Below are positions 56,818 to 64,000 of a DNA stretch of 64,000 nucleotides, piece by piece (position 1 is the stretch's first letter; each line of letters begins with the position of its first letter). A model generated the notes under the pieces. That model did no database searches. It worked only from the letters and a program-made list of their open reading frames with translations, and was not told where the DNA came from. Source of the stretch: Nostocaceae cyanobacterium. GTDB lineage: Bacteria; Cyanobacteriota; Cyanobacteriia; Cyanobacteriales; Nostocaceae. The DNA lies in contig JAYKJH010000239.1 of NCBI GenBank assembly GCA_035285345.1, forward strand, positions 4,840-68,839, given 5' to 3'. Position numbers and translations under genes: made by a program.

Positions 56818-57081
56818 AAATTCGCTTTTAACTGCTAGCTACTGTAATAATACTAGGGCTGACTCATAAATACTCTGTTTTCAACCTCTTGCCAAGTTCC
56901 TATAAAATGAGCAGAGTATAATCAATGGAAAAAATCGCTCCTACCACAAATTCCATTGCACAAAACCGTCAGTTAGACGGGGATAGCCTGTGGACTGGTG
57001 TCGTCCCCACGAGCCAGGATAAAGCAGGAAGTAAATCAAGCTCAAGCCTAGTTGAATAGCTCCCGGAAGCAATAACTAAGT

Positions 57082-57879
57082 TTGAGTCGAATTTATCTAA
57101 CGGTTGATAAACTTTGCGGATTGTGTATGAAAGCAGGTTTAAGACGAATCGCAGCCACTTTACATGACCTGGAAAATCGCTCAGACACTTTTAACGCTGA
57201 GGAACACACTAGTGTACCTAAAGCTTCTTACTCCTTTGTCATTTCTTCCCCAGGGACAGAGCAGACAACGCCAGAAAATATTCAACCGGAAGAACTGAAA
57301 TTATTTACCCAACCTCCTTCTGTCCAAACCTTCCCTGCTAAAGAGAGCGGCTTTAAATCACCCTCCCTACCGAAATTAAAGCCCGCTAGTATTAGCAGCC
57401 ATCGTCACGGTGCTAACCCGGCTTTGGCGATGAATTTATTATGTGAAATCCAAGAAAAAGTAGGCAGTTGGCAAGCAGAATTGCAACAAATTGTCCGCCA
57501 AGTTCAAGATATTTACCTAGAAGGTCCGATTGTTGATGGTTGGTTAGAATCCCATGCTCAAGAACCGGGAACGGGAGAAACAGGAACAGTACAGCAAGCA
57601 AAACAAGACAGCTTGATGGACTACGTAGAAGAAATGTCCGCTGCTGAAGGTAATGTCACTTACCAATCCCCCCGGACAGGTTATCGTCTGTGTGGAATGG
57701 ATGCTACTGGGAAAGTCTGGTCCCGTCCCTGTCCACCAGAACAAGTTGCGGCTATCAGTGTCGCCATTGCTCGCTACCAAAAATTACGTCAACTTTTGGG
57801 TCGCAAGCAATACTTAGAAACTCGCCTATCCCAATTAGCGGAAACTCTAGTAGTTATCCACGGTCACATCCAGTCGTAA
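57082..57879 (+). CDS. Hypothetical protein
   Basis: 265-aa ORF with a TTG start (in-frame ATG at 57127). I recognise no family. Confidence 0.45.
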   Translation: MSRIYLTVDKLCGLCMKAGLRRIAATLHDLENRSDTFNAEEHTSVPKASYSFVISSPGTEQTTPENIQPEELKLFTQPPSVQTFPAKESGFKSPSLPKLKPASISSHRHGANPALAMNLLCEIQEKVGSWQAELQQIVRQVQDIYLEGPIVDGWLESHAQEPGTGETGTVQQAKQDSLMDYVEEMSAAEGNVTYQSPRTGYRLCGMDATGKVWSRPCPPEQVAAISVAIARYQKLRQLLGRKQYLETRLSQLAETLVVIHGHIQS

Positions 57880-58049
57880 GTAAAAAATCAGTAAAAAATC
57901 TATTCCGCAAAAATTCGGTTGGTAGCCCTAGAGATTGTGCAGTAGGATATTCGGGCAATACTATGTCGTGGGATTTTAAATCTAGCTTCTAGCTCCTAGC
58001 TATTATCATTGAGCTATTGCAATCCCAAATCGCAAATCTAAATTTGGCT

Positions 58050-59000
58050 ATGCCAGACCCGCAAATTTCTGCCATTATCTGTACTCACAATCGCCATGAC
58101 TATCTCGGTGCTGCCATCGATAGTCTGTTAGTACAGGAATTTGCCGGGGAATTTGAAGTGGTGGTGGTGGATAATGGGTCGAGCGATCGCACCCGCCAAG
58201 TTGTGGAACAAAGACTCACCAACCCCCGCCTCAAGTATGTTTACGAACCAACAATTGGCTTATCTGTCGCCCGGAATACGGGGGCGAAAGTTTCTCGTAG
58301 TCCCATTCTTGCTTATCTCGATGATGATGCAGTGGCTAGCAAGCAATGGTTACAAGTTCTATATGCTGCCTATCAACACAACGAAAAACTAGCGATCGCT
58401 GGCGGCAAAGTTACCCTTTTATGGTCTGCTGGAATCACACCCCCACCCTGGCTATCTCCTGGATTGGCTGTGAATTTAGGAAGCTATGATTTAGGAGAAA
58501 ATACTGTTTGTATTACCAATCCTGGCTTAACTCCCAGAGGCTTGAATTACTCCATTCGTCGGAGTTTTCTGGAACAAATCGGCGGTTTTGACCCTAACCT
58601 CGGTCGAGTAGGCAAAAATCTTCTTTCCAACGAAGAACTACACATGACTGAACGAGCGCTTTTATCAGGATGGCAAGTCGTATACCTTCCGCAAGCCCTA
58701 GTAGCACACAACGTCTCTGTGGAACGCTTGCAACGTAGCTGGTTTTTAAGCCGCAGCTGGTGGCAAGGTATTAGTGAGTGCTACCGGGAACAACTGGCTG
58801 GTAAAGCAGGTTGGGGACAACTGCAACGCGGTGGGGAAAGGTTAATTCGTGGTCTTTACAAATCATTGCAACATTTCTCTGATCCAGCGGAACGCTTTGA
58901 CAAATTCGTCTATGCTTATGGTCAGATTGGTTACTTAAATGCTGCTATTAAAGGTCTACTAAGTAAAAGTCACAAAGAAAAACAACAAGACTCTTCCTGA
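58050..59000 (+). CDS. Glycosyltransferase family 2
   Basis: ISAIICTHNRHDYL...VVVDNGSSDRT...YLDDDA. Confidence 0.85.
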   Translation: MPDPQISAIICTHNRHDYLGAAIDSLLVQEFAGEFEVVVVDNGSSDRTRQVVEQRLTNPRLKYVYEPTIGLSVARNTGAKVSRSPILAYLDDDAVASKQWLQVLYAAYQHNEKLAIAGGKVTLLWSAGITPPPWLSPGLAVNLGSYDLGENTVCITNPGLTPRGLNYSIRRSFLEQIGGFDPNLGRVGKNLLSNEELHMTERALLSGWQVVYLPQALVAHNVSVERLQRSWFLSRSWWQGISECYREQLAGKAGWGQLQRGGERLIRGLYKSLQHFSDPAERFDKFVYAYGQIGYLNAAIKGLLSKSHKEKQQDSS

Positions 59001-59417
59001 GTACTCCGCTCTGCGTAGATTATTATTAGGTTATATTTAATTAGTTTTACTCAGGTAATTATAATTAAATCAGTAAATCGCGCTTTGAGACGGAAATTGT
59101 AGAAATTTTAAATTAAATTTACATAACTTATCATGGATTTTGGCAATAAATTCTAGCTATAGTGCCCATTGGTGCATCAATTATAAAATCAAATCTATAT
59201 ATTGTACCAAGAGTGACTAATTTACCTAATGTATAGAAAATGTTATCTAGTAGAGCAAATTTGGCGGAGGATATGAACCTAGAATATGACCTTTGTGAAC
59301 TGGTGACACCTATCTCCCTAGTCAGAGAAGAAGATGGATTTAGGGTAACTTGGACACAATATATATGTAATGGGTGTATGGAATTTAACCTCTTGAATTG
59401 GGGATTGTGAATTGCTT

Positions 59418-60350
59418 ATGAGTGCTAAAGTACCAGTTTCAGTCCTGATTCCAGCGAAAAATGAAGAACTAAATCTACCAGCTTGTCTGGAGAGTGTGAA
59501 AATTGCCGATGAAATATTTGTAGTCGATTCTCAAAGTAGCGATCGCTCAATTGAGATTGCTGCAAATTCCGGTGCAAATGTAGTCCAATTTCATTTTAAC
59601 GGACGCTGGCCTAAAAAGAAAAATTGGGCGTTAGAAAACCTCCCTTTTCGCAACGAATGGGTGCTAATTGTGGATTGTGATGAGCGGATTACCCCAGAAC
59701 TGTGGTCAGAAATTGCTCTAGTTATTCAAAATCCAGAATACGCTGGGTATTACCTAAATCGACGGGTATTTTTCTTAGGAAAGTGGATTCGCTACGGTGG
59801 TAAATACCCTGATTGGAATTTACGCTTATTCAAACACAAACTAGGTCGTTACGAAAATCTGGGCACCGAAGATATTCCCAATACCGGCGACAATGAAGTT
59901 CACGAACATGTCATTTTAGCTGGTAAAGCTGGCTATCTGAAAAATGATATGATCCACGAGGATTTCCGCGACCTCTACGAATGGTTAGCACGTCATAATC
60001 GCTACTCCAACTGGGAAGCCCGTGTATACTATAATCTATTGACAGGCAAAGACGACACCGGCACCATTGGCGCTAATTTATTTGGTAATGCAGTACAGCG
60101 CAAGCGGTTCTTAAAAAAAGTCTGGGTACATCTACCCTTTAAACCCTTGTTACGATTTATCCTATTTTACATTATCCAACGCGGTTTCTTAGATGGCAGA
60201 GCCGGTTACATCTACGCTCGACTCATGGGACAATACGAGTATCAAATTGGCGTCAAACTTTACGAACTACGGAAATTTGGCGGTCGTCTCAACACTCATC
60301 CCACCCCTAATTCTGTACCAGTTCCACCCCAGGAAGTAGGGACTCAGTAA
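59418..60350 (+). CDS. Glycosyltransferase family 2
   Basis: VSVLIPAKNEELNL...FVVDSQSSDRS...IVDCDE. Confidence 0.85.
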   Translation: MSAKVPVSVLIPAKNEELNLPACLESVKIADEIFVVDSQSSDRSIEIAANSGANVVQFHFNGRWPKKKNWALENLPFRNEWVLIVDCDERITPELWSEIALVIQNPEYAGYYLNRRVFFLGKWIRYGGKYPDWNLRLFKHKLGRYENLGTEDIPNTGDNEVHEHVILAGKAGYLKNDMIHEDFRDLYEWLARHNRYSNWEARVYYNLLTGKDDTGTIGANLFGNAVQRKRFLKKVWVHLPFKPLLRFILFYIIQRGFLDGRAGYIYARLMGQYEYQIGVKLYELRKFGGRLNTHPTPNSVPVPPQEVGTQ

Positions 60351-60367
60351 GTAGGGACGCTGGAAAT

Positions 60368-60423
60368 AATGACTAATGACTAATGACTAATGACTAATGA
60401 CTAATGACTAATGACCAATGACT
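60368..60423. repeat. Heptamer tandem array AATGACT x8 (one AATGACC variant)
   Basis: Read directly from the sequence. The last unit supplies the ATG (60418) of the downstream acetyltransferase gene. Confidence 0.9.
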
Positions 60424-60981
60424 AGCGATGCAGAACCGTTTGTAGATTTACGTAAGTATGACCAATCTTGGTTTGACCGGGGGCGTCCGGGCTGGTATAT
60501 CTTGTTGTGGTGGTTTGTGCAAGCGATCGCCTTTCCCCTAAGTCCTCACCCCCTAAATAGCGCGCGATGTGCGCTGCTGCGTTTATTTGGCGCTACCATT
60601 GGTACAGATGTCATAATTCGCCCCACAGCTCGCTTCACCTATCCCTGGAAAATAACCATCGGCGACTATAGTTGGATTGGTGATGATGTAGTTTTATACA
60701 GTCTTGACCATATAAATATCGGTAAACACTGTGTCATTTCCCAGAAAAGCTATCTGTGTACTGGTAGTCATGACATCCAAGACCCAGCTTTTGGTTTGAA
60801 AACCGCCAGTATTACCATAGGTAATGGGGTATGGATTGCGGCTGATTGTTTCATTGCACCGGGAATTCAAATTGATGCGAATGCCGTAATTGGCGCAAGA
60901 AGCAGTGTTTTTAGTCACATGCCAGCCGGTCAGGTTTGCTACGGGAATCCTTGTCGTCCGATGTATTCCCGGCTAGGGTAA
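60418..60981 (+). CDS. Hexapeptide-repeat acetyltransferase (WcaF-like)
   Basis: 187 aa with left-handed beta-helix repeats (IGDYSWIGDDVVLY, IGNGVWIAADCFI, IDANAVIGARSSV). Confidence 0.8.
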   Translation: MTSDAEPFVDLRKYDQSWFDRGRPGWYILLWWFVQAIAFPLSPHPLNSARCALLRLFGATIGTDVIIRPTARFTYPWKITIGDYSWIGDDVVLYSLDHINIGKHCVISQKSYLCTGSHDIQDPAFGLKTASITIGNGVWIAADCFIAPGIQIDANAVIGARSSVFSHMPAGQVCYGNPCRPMYSRLG

Positions 60982-61056
60982 TACAATATGGACAATCCTC
61001 TTTGCGCCTAAAGTTTAAAGGGACTAGGGGAGAACTTTTCCCCATTACCCATTACC

Positions 61057-62391
61057 TTACTCATTCATATTCCGATAAGTTGCTACTGCAGAAGGAGAAA
61101 TACGGTTCAAATAACGGAATATCCAATATTTGAATATCGTATCGAGAATCACTGGGAAAGTCGCAATAAATAGGAAGATAAAGTCGTGATTTCCTGGTAA
61201 ACCTAAATGGCGAGATATACCTTCCAAAATTACTTCCCAACCGTGGGGAGAGTGAAATCCTACAAAGACATCGGTGAATAGAATAATAATAAATGCTTTA
61301 GCACTGTCGCTCAAGCCATAGACAATATTATCAAAGAATTCTTTGAGTACTGCGATTTCGCGTTTGCTGATAAGTAAGAGCCAAGCAAATGCAATTACTG
61401 ACAACATATCAGCAAATAAATTTTTGACAGCACTAGCACTTTCACTGCGATATTCTTCTGCTATTTCCTGGGCTTTTTCTTTGAGCTTAATTTCTAGTTC
61501 TCCAATTGATAGTTTTTGAGTATTTAGGAGCAAATTGTCAAACTTAAGCCTTTCTTCAAACTTTTGCAATTCTCCTAATGCTTCCTCTTCCATCTCATAA
61601 TTGAGGAATATGCCAGTATTTTCACCCCGTACCCTATCCACAATTGGTCCAACAACGAAAGCTTTTGCTAACTGATGAGTCAGCACAGGTACTATAATTA
61701 GCAGTAAGATAAATCTAATAGAAGTTGATGTTCGTCTTTGGGAAGTCCGAAAACTTTTCACAACTTCTTGTTCAGATTTAGGGTCTAACTCTACTTGTAG
61801 ACGATTGATTGTACTTAAGATTGACCGGGGTAAAATACCAGTTGCGTCGGTTTTACTCCGGGGTTTTTTGACTAAATTACTAGCGTTCCCACTGGTGGGA
61901 TTTGGCGGTAGGGATGACACGGCTGCTGATTCAATTTGAGCTAATTTAGTATCATTAATTGGAGGTGGTGTTTCTTCTGGATAAATGACATCTTCATCGT
62001 TGTACTTAGCTGTGACTTCATCAATGAAACCGAGTTTTGCTAGAACTTCAGAAGAATTTATAATCTTCTTAAAGCGAGCATCATTAGTTTGGGGATTTAT
62101 GAAGTTTATAAAAGCTATACTGGCACGAAATTCTGTCAGCCGCATCTGAATATTTTTTAATTGTTTTCTCAGGTCGTCCTCAAAAAAATCCATCACGCTG
62201 TTGCCATAATTGGCAGACTCAGCAGTTACTTTCTGATTGTTAAAATACTGTCCTTCCAATTCCCTAATCTTAACTGCTGCTTTATAAGCCTCATCTAGAG
62301 AACGTTGAGGGGTATTTAAGTACCACTCATAAGCAGATACCAAAAAACCGTAAATTCTGTGAGGCATATCAGAGTCTTTCATAGTAGGCAA
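61057..62391 (-). CDS. pxcA: Proton extrusion protein PxcA (CemA family)
   Basis: The C-terminal membrane domain ...HGWEVILEGISRHLGL...FIATFPVILDTIFKYWIFRYLNRISPSAVATYRNMNE is typical of CemA/PxcA. Confidence 0.8.
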   Translation of the reverse strand: MPTMKDSDMPHRIYGFLVSAYEWYLNTPQRSLDEAYKAAVKIRELEGQYFNNQKVTAESANYGNSVMDFFEDDLRKQLKNIQMRLTEFRASIAFINFINPQTNDARFKKIINSSEVLAKLGFIDEVTAKYNDEDVIYPEETPPPINDTKLAQIESAAVSSLPPNPTSGNASNLVKKPRSKTDATGILPRSILSTINRLQVELDPKSEQEVVKSFRTSQRRTSTSIRFILLLIIVPVLTHQLAKAFVVGPIVDRVRGENTGIFLNYEMEEEALGELQKFEERLKFDNLLLNTQKLSIGELEIKLKEKAQEIAEEYRSESASAVKNLFADMLSVIAFAWLLLISKREIAVLKEFFDNIVYGLSDSAKAFIIILFTDVFVGFHSPHGWEVILEGISRHLGLPGNHDFIFLFIATFPVILDTIFKYWIFRYLNRISPSAVATYRNMNE

Positions 62392-62475
62392 TAAACCCGC
62401 CTTAGATTTTATTATTGATGTCTGGACTTAATTCAATGTACGAGGTATATTAGCAAATTCACAAGGAGACAGTTT

Positions 62476-64000
62476 GTGATTTCCCATTGTCTTTGGATTG
62501 TCGGTCCTAGCCGTAGCGGTAAGACAACTCACCTAGTTGATGAGTTTGCCAGATGGGTAAAAAAAGAGCAACAGAGGCAGAAGTTATCTTATACCCGCAA
62601 ACTTCCGCAATCAAGTGGCGATAACATAGCCAAAAAATTGCGGCTAGAACAAGGTGAAATAGGGGTTTTAGCTTTAGCTGCTAATGATGACAATCGTCGA
62701 GAATTGGCTGATAAAATTGTTGCTGCTACTGGTGGTAAATATCCGGTGCGCTGCAAGACACCTCTGGGTTTTTTTCAGGATGAAGTCATTTTATTTTGGC
62801 CTCTGTTGATTCAATTGCTACAAATCAAGGCACAATTTCCGGTGCGACTGCGACCAGAAACTGAACAGGAGTTAGCAACTAAATTGTGGCGTCCTCAGTT
62901 GAATGAGGAAATTCTCCGGGGTGCTGGAGTCAACGAATATCGCTTTGTGCGGCGGGTTTTGGACTTATTAGTATTAGCGGCTTACAGTGGTACAAGCTGT
63001 GAGGATATTGCTCATGTTCTGGAAACGGGTCTACAAGAGCAACAACAACCGCAATTAATGGCTTCTTTGCTGCTACAGTGGCGTAGCTGGTGTCTCGAAC
63101 GGGGATTTCTTACTTACGGCATTATTACAGAACTTTACAGCCAGCAGTTGTTACCCAATGCTAATTACCAGCAGCATCTGATGCAGCGCTATCAAGCGGT
63201 GCTAGCGGATGATGTGGATGAGTATCCCGCTGTGGGACGCCATTTGTTCGAGTTGTTGTTGGAGCGGGGTGCAAAAGGGACTTTTACTTATAATCCGGTC
63301 GGTGGGGTGCGTGTAGGGTTAGGTGCAGACCCGAATTATCTGGAAGGGTTAGCAGCGCGGTGTCGCTTAGAAGTCTTGACTCCTCAGCCGGGACAATCCC
63401 TCGCTGATACCCTCGCGACGCCGATATTATCATTGGTCACACAATCAGCGGGACTGGTGACTTTACCCTCGTCAGTGCAGTTAATTCAAACCACCTCCCG
63501 CGCTAAACTCCTGCGAGAAACTGCCGAAGAGATTATTAAGGTGATTAAACAGGGTCAGATAAAACCAGAGGAAGTAGCCGTAATTGCTCCGGGTTTAGAT
63601 GCGATCGCTCGTTATACTCTTGTCGAAATCCTCAGCAAACAAAATATCCCCGTCGAGTCTTTAAACGACCAACGACCGTTAATCAGTTCACCAATTATCC
63701 GTGCCTTACTCACTACTCTAGCGCTAGTCTATCCAGGTTTAGGGCGTCTAGTGGATCGGGATGCGGTAGCGGAGATGCTGGTAGTCCTCAGCAGGAAGAA
63801 AGAACAATCAGAAAACTCCTCAGCAGACGGGTGGGGAAACCCTGGGTGGGGAAACCCTGGATGGGGAAACCCCACCCCTACAGAACTCAACGCTGATATT
63901 GACCCGGTACGGGCTGGGTTGCTGGCAGATTACTGTTTCCAGCCCCACCCAGAACGCCCTAATTTGCTGCCGGTGAAAAGTTTTCCCCGCTGGGATAGAT
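62476..64000 (+). CDS. UvrD/AddA-like P-loop NTPase (partial; continues beyond window end)
   Basis: Manual translation from the GTG at 62476 (AAGGAG at 62463) gives ISHCLWIVGPSRSGKTTHLV (Walker A) ... AVLADDVDEYPAVG (DExx-like motif II). The frame is open to the window end, so it is absent from the ORF track. Confidence 0.65.
   Translation, partial: MISHCLWIVGPSRSGKTTHLVDEFARWVKKEQQRQKLSYTRKLPQSSGDNIAKKLRLEQGEIGVLALAANDDNRRELADKIVAATGGKYPVRCKTPLGFFQDEVILFWPLLIQLLQIKAQFPVRLRPETEQELATKLWRPQLNEEILRGAGVNEYRFVRRVLDLLVLAAYSGTSCEDIAHVLETGLQEQQQPQLMASLLLQWRSWCLERGFLTYGIITELYSQQLLPNANYQQHLMQRYQAVLADDVDEYPAVGRHLFELLLERGAKGTFTYNPVGGVRVGLGADPNYLEGLAARCRLEVLTPQPGQSLADTLATPILSLVTQSAGLVTLPSSVQLIQTTSRAKLLRETAEEIIKVIKQGQIKPEEVAVIAPGLDAIARYTLVEILSKQNIPVESLNDQRPLISSPIIRALLTTLALVYPGLGRLVDRDAVAEMLVVLSRKKEQSENSSADGWGNPGWGNPGWGNPTPTELNADIDPVRAGLLADYCFQPHPERPNLLPVKSFPRWDR
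63829..63873 (+). repeat. 15-bp coding tandem repeat x3 (GWGNP)3
   Basis: GGGTGGGGAAACCCT GGGTGGGGAAACCCT GGATGGGGAAACCCC. Confidence 0.85.

Noticed and set aside
56926-57060. 44-aa ORF (MEKIAPTTNSIAQNRQLDGDSLWTGVVPTSQDKAGSKSSSSLVE) upstream of the 57082 gene.
   Set aside because: I see no recognisable family or coupling signal. It may be real, but I cannot support it. It is not in frame with the downstream ORF.
1-64000. Search for tRNA, rRNA, tmRNA, CRISPR arrays, reverse transcriptases (retron/DGR) and classical toxin-antitoxin pairs.
   Set aside because: I found no T-arm/acceptor-like signatures, no regularly spaced 25-40 bp repeats and no RT motifs. The only repeat arrays are heptamer or decamer microsatellites and coding repeats. 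The absence is based on visual reading, not on covariance models.

Overview
This window looks like a chromosomal segment of a filamentous, Nostocales-type cyanobacterium. The evidence is frequent HIP1 octamers (GCGATCGC), heptamer STRR-like arrays, a split DnaE intein, sasA, pxcA and a TnpB insertion element. I can support about 57 protein-coding genes and found no rRNA, tRNA or CRISPR array. Left to right: gatA (partial); the C-terminal half of the split dnaE gene with its 36-aa IntC; a LexA-box gene; a loose group of base-repair/glycosidase genes (ung, NADAR, PRTase, family-4 UDG); housekeeping genes (rplI, gloB). Next is an AT-rich glycan-assembly island of about 11 kb (GT2, methyltransferase, GT4, ABC exporter, GT10 fucosyltransferase-like, two GT8-like paralogs, two DxD paralogs). 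This is followed by an IS200/IS605-type TnpB element, then ABC1 kinase, pepN, an SLH protein, sasA, mutT, a group-2 sigma factor, carB and dps. A decaying accessory cluster follows (GT2, HAD, methyltransferase, AroE-like, amidinotransferase pseudogene), then phnDCE, ridA, cobU, a second glycosyltransferase/acetyltransferase group, pxcA and a partial UvrD-like P-loop gene. Most interesting observations: (1) the ABC exporter carries a C-terminal extension made of two tandem HisKA/DHp-like H-box modules with no ATPase domain; (2) the TnpB element has LE/RE hairpins with compensatory base changes, a 46-aa ribbon-helix-helix gene where tnpA normally sits, and appears inserted into a dispersed palindromic repeat; (3) a perfect cyanobacterial LexA box overlaps the -10 of an uncharacterised gene next to dnaE-C; (4) an 88-bp direct duplication of a gene junction brackets a methyltransferase gene; (5) a perfect TGTGA-N6-TCACA CRP-type site sits in a decayed intergenic region. 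All calls come from reading the sequence and ORF translations; no database search was run.
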